The notes below the pieces were generated by a model. The model had not been told where the DNA came from. It did no database searches and was given only the letters and a program-made list of their open reading frames with translations. A program made the position numbers and the translations under genes. From the NCBI GenBank assembly GCA_025451045.1, contig JANWLD010000003.1, positions 197,690 to 261,689 of the forward strand: a stretch of 64,000 bases of DNA, given 5' to 3'. Origin of the DNA: Candidatus Saccharimonadales bacterium. GTDB lineage: Bacteria > Patescibacteriota > Saccharimonadia > Saccharimonadales > 2-12-FULL-41-12. Position 1 is the first letter of the stretch. Each line of letters begins with the position of its first letter. Shown here piece after piece: positions 46,113 to 56,066 of this stretch.

Positions 46113-47087
46113 TTGAACCAGACCGGTAACAGAAAACTTCAAATATTTGCCGGAAGCCACCATCCGGAATTAGCCATGATGGTAGCCAAACGCCTCGGTA
46201 TCAGCCTGTCTGATACAGGTATCGAGAAATTCGCCAACGGGGAGATAAAATGTCATTTGGAAGAGTCGGTTCGCGGGGCCGACGTTTTTGTTTTTCAAGC
46301 CCATAATGATTCTGTTGCTGAAGCGATTATGGAACAGGCGATTATCATAGATGCGGCCAAGCGGGCTTCAGCGCGGCACATTACGGCCGTTTGCCCGTTC
46401 TTGGGTTATGCCCGACAAGACAGAAAGTCGTCCGGCCGGGAGCCGATTACCGCCCGCGTGGTGATTGATATCCTAGCCGTTGCCGGTGCTAACCGTATTG
46501 CTTGCGTGGACTTGCATGCTGGCCAGATACAAGGGTTTTTTAACGGGCCGTTTGACCACCTGATAGCTTTGCCGGTGCTAGTTGACCATCTTAAGAAAAA
46601 GTTTTCCGGAGAAGATTTGGTGATAGTTTCACCTGACGCCGGACGGGTTAAACTAACCGAGCGCTATGCGTCGAGAATGAATGCCGATATAGCTATTGTC
46701 CATAAACGCCGGTCGCGCAAAAACGAAGCCGAGGCGATTGATATCATCGGAAATATCAAAGGCAAAAGGTGCATCATCATAGATGACATGATTGATACCG
46801 CCGGTACTTTGTGTGCCGCCGCCGAGCTGTTGATGGATAATGGGGCTAAGGCTGTCTCGGCCGTAGCCACACACGGTATCTTTTCTGATCCGGCAATCGA
46901 ACGGATTAAAAAGTCGCCTATAGACCACTTGGCAGTAACTAATACCCTACCGTTACCGAAAAAAAGCAAGACCTTGAACTCTATAGAAGTAGTCTCGGTA
47001 GTTGACTTAATTGCCGATGCTATAAAGGCTATTTTTGAGCAGCAATCCGTTTCAGCTTTGTTCGACGGCCTTAACCAATCCCTTTAG
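46113..47087 (+). CDS. prs: Ribose-phosphate pyrophosphokinase
   Basis: YARQDRK and the PRPP-binding loop IIDDMIDTAGT are present. The TTG start at 46113 lies 5 nt after AGGGAGGA (46101-46108). The in-frame region upstream has no RBS. Confidence 0.85.
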   Translation: MNQTGNRKLQIFAGSHHPELAMMVAKRLGISLSDTGIEKFANGEIKCHLEESVRGADVFVFQAHNDSVAEAIMEQAIIIDAAKRASARHITAVCPFLGYARQDRKSSGREPITARVVIDILAVAGANRIACVDLHAGQIQGFFNGPFDHLIALPVLVDHLKKKFSGEDLVIVSPDAGRVKLTERYASRMNADIAIVHKRRSRKNEAEAIDIIGNIKGKRCIIIDDMIDTAGTLCAAAELLMDNGAKAVSAVATHGIFSDPAIERIKKSPIDHLAVTNTLPLPKKSKTLNSIEVVSVVDLIADAIKAIFEQQSVSALFDGLNQSL

Positions 47088-48360
47088 GCGTTTCCCTTTT
47101 TCCAATATCCTTTCGGTAGTGCATACCTTCAAAATGTATTTGATTTACCGCCCCATAAGCTTTTGATATTGCTTCTTCTAATGTATCGCCGTAAGCCGTT
47201 ACGTTCATCACCCGGCCGCCTGAAGTCAGCAGTTTACCGTTCTGCAGCTTGGTTCCGGCGTGAAATAATTCTATATTTTCTATCTGTTGGGCGTTTTTCA
47301 CGCCGGTTATTTCGATATTTTTTTGGTAATCGCCCGGGTATCCGCCGGAGGCTAAAACGACTGTTACAGCGTATCCTAGTTTCCACTTGACGGTATCAGG
47401 TTTCAAATTGCCCGTAGCGCAGGCGTAAAGCAGCTCAAACAAGTCACTGTCCAGCAGCCGGACATAAATTTCAGTTTCCGGGTCGCCAAAACGTGCATTA
47501 TACTCCAGTGTCTTTGGCCCTTGTGGAGTAATCATAAGTCCCGGATATAAACAGCCGTAAAACGGACTGCCAGCTTCGGCCAAACCTTCCAGCGCTGGCT
47601 TGATGACTGTTTCATCGACTTCATCTTTCAGCGCGTCGGAAACCCAGCTTATTGGTCCAAAAGCACCCATACCGCCCGTGTTAGGGCCTTTGTCCCCGTC
47701 AAAAACCTGCTTATGGTCTTGGCTGGTTGGAAAAATGGCGTAATTTTTGCCGTCAGACAATACATGAAACGATACTTCGCTCCCGGTCAGGAACTCTTCG
47801 ATTATGATAGTTTCTCCAGCGGATTTGAAAGCTTTTTTTAGCATTATAAGCTCAATCGCTTTTTCCGCTTCATCAAAATTTTGGCAGATAATCACGCCTT
47901 TACCCAGAGCAAGTCCGCTGGCTTTAACCACTAGCGGGTAGTTCTGTTTCTTAGCGTACCCCGCGGCTTTATTCGCATCGGTAAAAGTTTCATAGCTGGA
48001 GGTGGGTATCTTTTTTTTCTTCATCAAATCTTTAGCAAAAGCTTTGGAGGCTTCTATTTGAGCCGCTTTTTTAGAAGGACCGAAAGTCGCGAGACCAGCT
48101 TGTTTGAATTTATCGGCCAATCCGGAGGCCAGCAAGTCATCCGGCCCGATGACTGCCAAGTCGACAGAGTGGGTTTTACAAAAATCGATTAATTTATCCG
48201 TTTCATTGGGCTGAATATCAACATTCTCGCCGACTTCACCAGTACCGCCATTACCCGGTGCGATGTAAACTTTCTCAACTTGGCTTGATCTTGATAGCTT
48301 CCATGCCAAAGCATGTTCTCTGCCGCCGGTTCCGCCTATAACGATAACTTTTTTGCCCAT
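47071..48360 (-). CDS. purD: Phosphoribosylamine--glycine ligase
   Basis: KVIVIGGTGGREHALAWKL and an ATP-grasp core are present. The 3' end overlaps the convergent prs gene by 17 nt. Confidence 0.95.
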   Translation of the reverse strand: MGKKVIVIGGTGGREHALAWKLSRSSQVEKVYIAPGNGGTGEVGENVDIQPNETDKLIDFCKTHSVDLAVIGPDDLLASGLADKFKQAGLATFGPSKKAAQIEASKAFAKDLMKKKKIPTSSYETFTDANKAAGYAKKQNYPLVVKASGLALGKGVIICQNFDEAEKAIELIMLKKAFKSAGETIIIEEFLTGSEVSFHVLSDGKNYAIFPTSQDHKQVFDGDKGPNTGGMGAFGPISWVSDALKDEVDETVIKPALEGLAEAGSPFYGCLYPGLMITPQGPKTLEYNARFGDPETEIYVRLLDSDLFELLYACATGNLKPDTVKWKLGYAVTVVLASGGYPGDYQKNIEITGVKNAQQIENIELFHAGTKLQNGKLLTSGGRVMNVTAYGDTLEEAISKAYGAVNQIHFEGMHYRKDIGKRETPKGIG

Positions 48361-48365
48361 ATAAC

Positions 48366-49049
48366 TTATTTGTCCTTCAGATATTCCTTCTGCTCGCTTA
48401 TGAACCGGTCAATATCACGCGCCAGGTTATCCCGTTCGGACTTTTTGACCCGTTCAAACAATATTTCCGGCGTATCCGAAGCCATCACTACTACCTTATG
48501 TTTGGCAATCACCGGCCCATCGTCGTAACTGGCATCAACAACGAATAGGCAGTTGCCAGCTTCCAGATTTTCTTTCAGTACAGTTTCCTGGACATGTATG
48601 CCATAGAGCCCTTTGGTGGCCGGAAGCAGGCCGGGATGCGTATTTATCATCCGCCCCTGGTAGATTGACTGATAGTCTTCACGCCAGCCGTAAGCGTCAA
48701 CTATGCTTTTGCCTATCAGCTTCATATAGCCCAGCAGTAGGACCAAATCAATTTTTTCATTATTAAGCTCAGCCAGTATGGCTTGCTCTTCGGCTTTGGT
48801 CTGGCGGCCATATTCAACTTCCTCATCTGCTGTGGGCGGATAATTGTTTTTGCCAATGTGGACGCCCTTGATATCCAGATTGTATTTTCGGTTCAAATCC
48901 TTGAGCTTATCAAAGACACCGGCATTTTTGTTGTTCGCAATCAACAGGGTGACTTTTGCGTCAACCTGCCGCTCGGCCGCGGCTTTAATAAAAGCTTCGG
49001 CAGTCGTACCGTTACCGGACGCCAATATAGCTATCCTAACAGATGCCAT
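48366..49049 (-). CDS. purN: Phosphoribosylglycinamide formyltransferase
   Basis: RIAILASGNGT and INTHPGLLP (the formyltransferase NxHPS/G motif) are present. Confidence 0.9.
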   Translation of the reverse strand: MASVRIAILASGNGTTAEAFIKAAAERQVDAKVTLLIANNKNAGVFDKLKDLNRKYNLDIKGVHIGKNNYPPTADEEVEYGRQTKAEEQAILAELNNEKIDLVLLLGYMKLIGKSIVDAYGWREDYQSIYQGRMINTHPGLLPATKGLYGIHVQETVLKENLEAGNCLFVVDASYDDGPVIAKHKVVVMASDTPEILFERVKKSERDNLARDIDRFISEQKEYLKDK

Positions 49050-49052
49050 TTG

Positions 49053-50540
49053 TTAAACAAGCACCTCCACTGAGCTTGCCAGTTTGGAATTTTTTTTATA
49101 GTTTTGAGCTTTGCTTTGCCGGGATTTTTTGACTACCGGCCGTGAATTTATGTAGCTAATACCTTCGGCTCTTTTGCCAATTGGAATCGGATAAACTCCA
49201 TTAAAGCATGAAGTGCAAAAGAGGCGTTCCGGCAGCTCGGTGGCTTTTATCATGCCGTCATAAGATAGGTAGTTTAGCGAATCGGCTCCCATGTGCTTAC
49301 AGATTTCCGGTATACTCATCCTTGAAGCAATCAGGTCGCTTTGCGACGGCGTGTTAATGCCGTAAAAATCGGGGTACATCACCGGCGGCGAACTTATCAT
49401 CAAGTGTACTTTTTTAGCACCGGCTTTTTTTAGCATCACCACCACTTGCTTGAGCGTAGTGCCGCGGACAATTGAATCGTCTACCAAAATAACATCCTTG
49501 CCTTTCAGCAGTTCAACTACCGGATTGAGCTTCATCATAAGATCCCGCCGCCGCAGCTCGTCGGTCGGGCGGATGAAAGTGCGGTTAATATAGCGGTTCT
49601 TAACCAAGCCGAGCTCCAACGGTATACCGCTTTTCTTTGAGTAGCCCAAGGCTGAAGGTATCGAGGAATCTGGTACCGGCACTACTATGTCGCCTTTGAC
49701 CGGATATTCTTTGGCCAGCTGACGTCCCATGTTTATCCTTACCTGGCTCACGCTCTTGCCGAGCAGTATGCTGTCCGGCCGGGCAAAGTAGACGAATTCG
49801 AAGATATCGAGCTTTTGTTCGCCTTTAGCCAGCTGGTGCGCATGCAGGCCGTCTTTGTCGATTACTATCATTTCGCCGGGCAGGACATCCCGCAAGAACT
49901 CCGCGCCAATAGTTTCAAACGCGCTGGTCTCGGAAGCTACGACATAACCGCCATCCAGCTTAGCGACGGAAAGCGGCCTGATACCGTTTCTGTCCCTGAA
50001 CGCCACCAAACAGTCCTTGTCCATTGCAACGGATGAAAAAACCCCCTGGAAGAGGGGGTATGCAAGTTTGATCGCTTGAGGGAGGTTGGAACCAGCCTGC
50101 ATGTGATAGTCGATTGCTGCGGCCATCATTCCCGAATCGTTCAGCTTGTCGACATCGACTTCCTTGCTTGTCAGGAAAGTTTCGAGCTTGTCGGTAATCG
50201 GCAGGTTGCCATTATGGGCAAAAGCGAAACTGCGGGCACGGTTTACCAATGGCTGATTATATATAGCATCACGGCCGCCGGACGTAGAATAGCGGTTATG
50301 GCCGATAGCGATGTGTCCCGGCAATTCGCTTAAGTCTTCATCGCGATAAACATTGGCTACCAGTCCGAAATCAGCGAAATTGTAAATATCTTCCCCGTCA
50401 GAAGTGGCAATTCCCGAGCTCTCCTGTCCTCTGTGCTGCAATGTCCAAAGGCTGTAATAAGCCAATCTTGATGCTTCCGTGCTGGCCCCATAGGTCCCGA
50501 CGACCGCGCACTTTTCTTTAAGCTTGTCTTCAATATGCAT
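49053..50540 (-). CDS. purF: Amidophosphoribosyltransferase
   Basis: The N-terminal Cys nucleophile context KCAVVG, the motif GIGHNRYSTSG and the PRT loop LVDDSIVRGTT are present. Confidence 0.95.
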   Translation of the reverse strand: MHIEDKLKEKCAVVGTYGASTEASRLAYYSLWTLQHRGQESSGIATSDGEDIYNFADFGLVANVYRDEDLSELPGHIAIGHNRYSTSGGRDAIYNQPLVNRARSFAFAHNGNLPITDKLETFLTSKEVDVDKLNDSGMMAAAIDYHMQAGSNLPQAIKLAYPLFQGVFSSVAMDKDCLVAFRDRNGIRPLSVAKLDGGYVVASETSAFETIGAEFLRDVLPGEMIVIDKDGLHAHQLAKGEQKLDIFEFVYFARPDSILLGKSVSQVRINMGRQLAKEYPVKGDIVVPVPDSSIPSALGYSKKSGIPLELGLVKNRYINRTFIRPTDELRRRDLMMKLNPVVELLKGKDVILVDDSIVRGTTLKQVVVMLKKAGAKKVHLMISSPPVMYPDFYGINTPSQSDLIASRMSIPEICKHMGADSLNYLSYDGMIKATELPERLFCTSCFNGVYPIPIGKRAEGISYINSRPVVKKSRQSKAQNYKKNSKLASSVEVLV

Positions 50541-50591
50541 AGCTAACCGGCTTTTACTCCTGTTTTTATTGTAAATTATTTAAGGTTTTTT

Positions 50592-51440
50592 TCAAGTTGG
50601 TTTTTGGGTTTGCCCTAGATAAGCGTCTAAAGTATTTTTAAGCAAAATGGCAGTAGTTACCGGTCCTACACCGCCGGGAACCGGAGTAATAGCTTTTACA
50701 GCTTTTTCAACCGGTTCAAAATCCACATCTCCGACCAACTCATTTTGATCATTGAAATTTGTGCCGACATCAATCACAACCGTATTTGGCCCGACCTGTT
50801 TGTCATTTATTAAGTTGGCCTTGCCCGCGGCCACGACCAAAATATCGGCATTTTGAGCGTAAGGAGTTAAATCCGGCGTACCTGAGTGACAGATAGTAAC
50901 TGTGGCGTTCAAATCCAGCAACATATGCGCAACTGGTTTGCCAACTATCCGGCTGCGGCCGACTACAACAGCGTGTTTGCCAGAAGTTTCAATCTGATAA
51001 TATTTGAGTATTTCAATCACAGCAGAGGCGGTTGCCGGCGCGAAAGATTCCAAATTGCTAAACAGCTTGCCGGCGCTTAAAGGATTAGCACCGTCAATGT
51101 CTTTTTCAAGAGGTATCAGCGAGCGGGCTTCGTCAATATCAATATCTTTTGGAGTCGGCGTCTGGATAATGATCCCATGGGTTTTTGTGTCCTCTGACAA
51201 ATTTTTAACGGCCGCCATAAGCTCGTCATGACCGACGTTTTCGCTAAGATCTATGATATTTGCTTTTATCCCAACCTTTTCGGCGGCTTTTTGAATAATT
51301 CGCACATATGTAGAGGCACTTTCGTTTTTAGTTGCCAAGACAATCGCTAAAACCGGTTTTTCGCCCAAAGCCTCGATTTTACTTTTAACTTCATCGCGTA
51401 TCTGCTTGGATATCTCTTTGCCGTCAAGAATTTGCGCCAT
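50592..51440 (-). CDS. folD: Bifunctional 5,10-methylene-THF dehydrogenase / 5,10-methenyl-THF cyclohydrolase
   Basis: MAQILDGKEISKQIRDEV, GRSRIVGKPVA and PVPGGVGPVT are present. Confidence 0.95.
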   Translation of the reverse strand: MAQILDGKEISKQIRDEVKSKIEALGEKPVLAIVLATKNESASTYVRIIQKAAEKVGIKANIIDLSENVGHDELMAAVKNLSEDTKTHGIIIQTPTPKDIDIDEARSLIPLEKDIDGANPLSAGKLFSNLESFAPATASAVIEILKYYQIETSGKHAVVVGRSRIVGKPVAHMLLDLNATVTICHSGTPDLTPYAQNADILVVAAGKANLINDKQVGPNTVVIDVGTNFNDQNELVGDVDFEPVEKAVKAITPVPGGVGPVTTAILLKNTLDAYLGQTQKPT

Positions 51441-52060
51441 TAACTACCCTCTTCCTGTTTACGGCGGGCTGAGTTAAACAACCTGTCCGCATCGCCAAAC
51501 AATTTTTCCGCTTCAACGACTGAAGCTTGCAGGCTTGCCCTAAGCGTCTCATCTTTAACCAGCTTTAGGTTTATCTCAATGTTAACTACTGCGGACTGAA
51601 GGGCCGCTTTGGCATTAGCCGCGCTGACAGCTACATCCGAAAGCAGGTTTTTATTGGATTTGTCTAAAATTTCTTCGGTAATTTCAAGTATCTTCCCTAC
51701 TGTTTTTATGGTGCCGACTGCCGGTTCTACCGCTGCCTGCAAGGCCAACTCTATAGCATCTGGCCGCCCGGAACTATCTTTTGGAATGGTAAAAGCTTCG
51801 CGCAGTTTCGAGTACGCCTTTTCGTCATTTTCAGCTTGAGCTAAAGCCTCCTCTGCTAACCCGGCCAATTTTTCAGCAGACTCTTTCATTAAGGCTTCGT
51901 TTGCCGCATATTTCGGTCCTGTGCTATATTCACAGACCATTTTAAGCGTCGCGGCAGAAATAGCGGCATTAAGTCCGGCTACGGCGCCGCCGCCGGGCAC
52001 AGGAACTTTGCTGCCTAACTCACTCAGCCACTTGTCTATAGATGAGGATTTCACCCCCAA
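51440..52060 (-). CDS. Formimino-THF cyclodeaminase / methenyl-THF cyclohydrolase family protein (FTCD_C domain)
   Basis: SKVPVPGGGAVAGLNAAISAATLKMV is the hallmark N-terminal motif of the family. Its stop overlaps the folD start. Confidence 0.8.
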   Translation of the reverse strand: MGVKSSSIDKWLSELGSKVPVPGGGAVAGLNAAISAATLKMVCEYSTGPKYAANEALMKESAEKLAGLAEEALAQAENDEKAYSKLREAFTIPKDSSGRPDAIELALQAAVEPAVGTIKTVGKILEITEEILDKSNKNLLSDVAVSAANAKAALQSAVVNIEINLKLVKDETLRASLQASVVEAEKLFGDADRLFNSARRKQEEGS

Positions 52061-52073
52061 ATTGTAGCATCAA

Positions 52074-52562
52074 TTACAGATTGTTTATATTCTTGTCGTC
52101 TTGCAAAACGGCGTCGTGCATCTTTTGCCGGTATGAGGCGTATTTACTCCGTAAATCCGTGTCATTAACAGCCAGTATCTCAATAGCCAAAAGAGCGGCG
52201 TTAACAGCGCCATTCTCCGGCATTGTCGCCAACGGTACGCCCGGCGGCATCTTGATGTTTGACCAAAGAGCCTCGTGGTCGTTTTCATTCCTTTTAATCG
52301 GGACAGCAATGACTGGCAATGTAGTGTGTGAAGCCGTCATCCCCGGCAAATGCGCTGAACCGCCGGCACCGGCGATAATTACGTTTAAGCCTCTTTCAGC
52401 CGCGGTTAAAGCGTATTCGCTCATCTCATCAGGAGTACGATGAGCCGAAACTATCCGTATTTCATAAGTAATATTAAATTCATCCAAAATTTCAGCGGCT
52501 TTGTCCATGATGTCCTTGTCAGACTTTGAACCCATGATTATGCCAACTTTGATATCACTCAT
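52074..52562 (-). CDS. purE: N5-carboxyaminoimidazole ribonucleotide mutase
   Basis: IIMGSKSD, SAHRTP and AGGSAHLPGM are class I PurE motifs. Confidence 0.95.
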   Translation of the reverse strand: MSDIKVGIIMGSKSDKDIMDKAAEILDEFNITYEIRIVSAHRTPDEMSEYALTAAERGLNVIIAGAGGSAHLPGMTASHTTLPVIAVPIKRNENDHEALWSNIKMPPGVPLATMPENGAVNAALLAIEILAVNDTDLRSKYASYRQKMHDAVLQDDKNINNL

Positions 52563-53686
52563 TAAATATTGATTAACTTTCTAGCCTCTCTAGCCTTTTG
52601 TTTTGCCTCTTCTATTGTACCTGCTGTTGCGTTGATATGTCCCATTTTTCTATCAATCTTAGTCGGTTTTTTGCCATAGATATAAACATTTACCCCTTCA
52701 ATCTTCCGGGCTTCATCTACTCCGCTGAGCTGGACCGGCCCGTCGCGTTCACCGAGTATATTGACCATACAGCAATATTTGGCTTTTGGCTTGGGCGCAG
52801 CCAGTTTTTGTCCGGTTATAGCCAGGATATGCTGCTTAAACTGGGAAACGTCGAACATATCCATAGTGTAGTGGCCGGAATTATGTACTCTTGGAGCTAT
52901 CTCATTAATCAAAATTTCATTATTTTCACTTAGGAAAAGTTCAACGCCGTACATTCCGGCTCCTTTCAAGCTTGAAACTACGCTTTCTGCAATTTTTACG
53001 GCCTTTTCAGCAATTTCCTGACCAATATCAGCTGTCGTGTAGGTTGCCGTGCATATATTGCGTTCATGCATGGTTTCGGTAAGCGGATAGCTGCTGACAT
53101 TGCCGTCTACGTCTTTGGCTACCATCATGGCTAATTCTTTTTTGAAATTAATTAGTTTTTCCGCGTAAATACCTTTGGTTTTAAACTTTTCCAGAATTTC
53201 GCTTATTTGTGATTTTTCTATCACGACTGCATTGCCACGGCCGTCAAAAGCATCAGTTTTAGACTTGAGTATCATTTTTTCGCCCCATTTATCGTAAGCT
53301 TGCTCGGCATCTTCTTTTTTATTAATTTCAACAAATTCCGCTGTCGGAAAGCCGTTTTGCCTTAAAAACCGCTTTTGGCCTAATTTATCCTGGATCAATC
53401 TGATTGTCGCGGTAGCGGGACTGACCGGTTTATTTTTCTCGACTGTTGCCAGTACGTCGGTGTTAATATGCTCAAATTCAATCGTGATAAAATCTGATTT
53501 TTCAGCCAGACGCAGCAATGCTTCGCCGTCTTTATAATCGGCGACAATTTGTTCAGCTCCGACTTGTTTGGCCGGACAGTCAGGCACCGGGTCAATTACA
53601 ACTACGTTATAGCCGAGTTTTATAGCCGGTTCGGTTAGCATCCTGCCAAGCTGGCCGCCGCCGACTATACCTATGGTCTGGGACAT
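52562..53686 (-). CDS. purK: N5-carboxyaminoimidazole ribonucleotide synthase
   Basis: IGIVGGGQLGRM and an ATP-grasp core with EIAPRVHNSGH are present. It overlaps purE by 1 nt. Confidence 0.9.
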   Translation of the reverse strand: MSQTIGIVGGGQLGRMLTEPAIKLGYNVVVIDPVPDCPAKQVGAEQIVADYKDGEALLRLAEKSDFITIEFEHINTDVLATVEKNKPVSPATATIRLIQDKLGQKRFLRQNGFPTAEFVEINKKEDAEQAYDKWGEKMILKSKTDAFDGRGNAVVIEKSQISEILEKFKTKGIYAEKLINFKKELAMMVAKDVDGNVSSYPLTETMHERNICTATYTTADIGQEIAEKAVKIAESVVSSLKGAGMYGVELFLSENNEILINEIAPRVHNSGHYTMDMFDVSQFKQHILAITGQKLAAPKPKAKYCCMVNILGERDGPVQLSGVDEARKIEGVNVYIYGKKPTKIDRKMGHINATAGTIEEAKQKAREARKLINI

Positions 53687-53727
53687 ATGAATCTATTGTA
53701 CTGCATTTAAGCTATAATAGAGGTAAG

Positions 53728-54672
53728 ATGCTACCTACTCTTGAAAATACGGAGTATAATTTTGACGACCAAACAGGCCTATATCATGGCAAAGTGCGCG
53801 ACGTTTATACGATAAAAGATAAATATCTGCTGTCGGTAGCAACGGATAGGATTTCGGCTTTTGACCGCATTTTACCCCGGCCGATACCGCACAAAGGGCA
53901 AGTGCTTAATCAGATGGCAGCTTATTTTTTAGAAGCTACCAAGGGCATTGCCCCAAATTGGCTGATAAACGTACCTGACGAGAATGCCAGCCTGGGTTAC
54001 AGATGCGAACCGTTCAAAGTCGAATTGGTTGTAAGAGGCATGCTAGTAGGACATGCCTGGCGCGAATACAAGGCTGGAAAACGCGAAATCTGCGGCCAGT
54101 CGATGGTAGACGGCTTAAGTGAATACGATTTGTTTGCTGAACCTATAATTACACCTACAACCAAAGCTAGCGCCGGCCATGATGAAGACATAACCGCCGA
54201 AGAAATAGTGGATAGCGGCCTGGCTACTCAAGAACAGTTTGAGAAGATGTGCGACATTGGGCTCAAGCTGTTTGACAAGGGCCAAACAATGGCAAAAGAA
54301 AAAGGCCTGCTTTTAGCCGATACCAAATACGAATTCGGCTTGCTAGATGGCAAAATTATTGTTATTGATGAAATCCACACGCCTGACTCATCACGCTATT
54401 TTTACTTGGAAAGTTATGAAAACCGCCAGAACCAGCCGCCGAAACACCTTTCAAAGGAGTTTTTGCGCAACTGGCTGATGGAAAACGGCTTTTCCGGCCA
54501 TCAAGGCCAAAACATGCCGGAGATGACCGACCAAGTCGCAAATGACATATCAAACCGCTATATCGAACTATATGAACAGATAACCGGCCAAGGGTTTAAA
54601 AAGCCTAAAGAGGTGGATATTGTTGCCAGAATCAAGGATAATGTAGATAAAGCAATCGGGGGTTTAGCGTAG
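53728..54672 (+). CDS. purC: Phosphoribosylaminoimidazole-succinocarboxamide synthase (long form)
   Basis: GKVRDVY, ATDRISAFD and LADTKYEFG are present. At 314 aa it is collinear with the long (yeast Ade1-like) form. TATAAT (53713-53718) lies 9 nt upstream of the ATG. Confidence 0.9.
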   Translation: MLPTLENTEYNFDDQTGLYHGKVRDVYTIKDKYLLSVATDRISAFDRILPRPIPHKGQVLNQMAAYFLEATKGIAPNWLINVPDENASLGYRCEPFKVELVVRGMLVGHAWREYKAGKREICGQSMVDGLSEYDLFAEPIITPTTKASAGHDEDITAEEIVDSGLATQEQFEKMCDIGLKLFDKGQTMAKEKGLLLADTKYEFGLLDGKIIVIDEIHTPDSSRYFYLESYENRQNQPPKHLSKEFLRNWLMENGFSGHQGQNMPEMTDQVANDISNRYIELYEQITGQGFKKPKEVDIVARIKDNVDKAIGGLA

Positions 54673-54674
54673 TT

Positions 54675-56066
54675 ATGTTAAAAAAGTTTGACTTGCCAGA
54701 TATATCACACCCGGGATATGGGACAATCGACCCGTTTGATAACCGTTATTTTGATGCTGAGGTGTCAAAATACCTGTCAGAACAGTCACGGATAATATAC
54801 CAAGCCTATATGGAGGCGGCGTTAGCTCATAGTCTGGCAGAAGCCGGGCTTTGCTCTTCGCAAATAGCTGAGGAAATTGAGAAATCTGCTAGAAGTGTCG
54901 ATATAAACAAGGTTTACGAAGAAGAAAAGATAACTCGTCATGACATCAAGGCATTGGTAAACACTATAAAGGCTGGTATTTCCGACGGGGCAAAACCGTA
55001 CGTTCATTTTGCAGCTACATCATACGATATTATTGCGAATGCGCAGGTACTGCAGCTTAAGGACGCCACCGAACAAATTATCCTTCCCCGCCTCGCTAAT
55101 CTGATAAAAATCTTGGCAGAATTGGCCGAGAAATACGCTGACACGCCCCAGATAGGCCGGACCCATGGCCAGCATGGAATACCTATAACCTTTGGTTTTG
55201 CCATAGCCGAGTATGTATCCAGGCTAAACAATTCCTACGCGGCGTTGAAAGATTTATCAAATGAGCTGAAAGGTAAATTTTCCGGAGCAGTCGGGGCCTA
55301 TAACGCGCTTAGCATATTCGTTGATGAGCCACTGAAGTTTGAAGCTTCGGTTTTGGATAAAGTAGGACTGCTACCAACCGAATACTCGACCCAGATAGCC
55401 CCGCCGGAACAGCTTATCCGCCTTTTGGACGAATACGCGGTTGTTTCCGGCATAATGTCTAATTTTGGCCATGATATGCGTCATTTGCAACGTTCTGAGA
55501 TTGCCGAAATACGTGAAAAATTTAGTGAAGGCCAAGCCGGTTCATCTACTATGGCCCAAAAACGCAATCCGTGGAATTTTGAAAATATCGTCAGCATGCA
55601 TAAGCAAGTCTTGGCTCAAGCCATGAACGCAAACCAGAACATAGCCAGCGAGCACCAGCGTGACCTTACAGATTCGGCGTCTTCACGATTTTATGTACTG
55701 GTACCTGCAATAGTCGCTAATATGCTGAACCGGCTAAACAAAGTAATGCCGAACATCGAAGTGGACGAGCAGTCGATGCAGCGCAACCTTAAGCAAAGCC
55801 AGGGTGCTATCGCCGCCGAGCCGCTTTATCTCCTGCTGGAAAAATACGGCCATACATCGGCGCATGAAAAGTCCAAACAGCTGGCCCAGCAAGCTTTAGC
55901 TGAAGGAAAATCCCTGGTTGAGTTAGCTTCAACGGATTCAGAAATAGCTGATTTTTGGGCTAAATTTACAGATAGCGAAAAAGAAATTATTAAATCGCCG
56001 GAAAGCCATTATTTAGGTTTGGCCGCAGAAAAAACCAAAAACGTCATAGCCAACCTGAAAATCTAG
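54675..56066 (+). CDS. purB: Adenylosuccinate lyase
   Basis: The fumarate-lyase family signature GSSTMAQKRNP is present. The gene directly follows purC. Confidence 0.9.
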   Translation: MLKKFDLPDISHPGYGTIDPFDNRYFDAEVSKYLSEQSRIIYQAYMEAALAHSLAEAGLCSSQIAEEIEKSARSVDINKVYEEEKITRHDIKALVNTIKAGISDGAKPYVHFAATSYDIIANAQVLQLKDATEQIILPRLANLIKILAELAEKYADTPQIGRTHGQHGIPITFGFAIAEYVSRLNNSYAALKDLSNELKGKFSGAVGAYNALSIFVDEPLKFEASVLDKVGLLPTEYSTQIAPPEQLIRLLDEYAVVSGIMSNFGHDMRHLQRSEIAEIREKFSEGQAGSSTMAQKRNPWNFENIVSMHKQVLAQAMNANQNIASEHQRDLTDSASSRFYVLVPAIVANMLNRLNKVMPNIEVDEQSMQRNLKQSQGAIAAEPLYLLLEKYGHTSAHEKSKQLAQQALAEGKSLVELASTDSEIADFWAKFTDSEKEIIKSPESHYLGLAAEKTKNVIANLKI

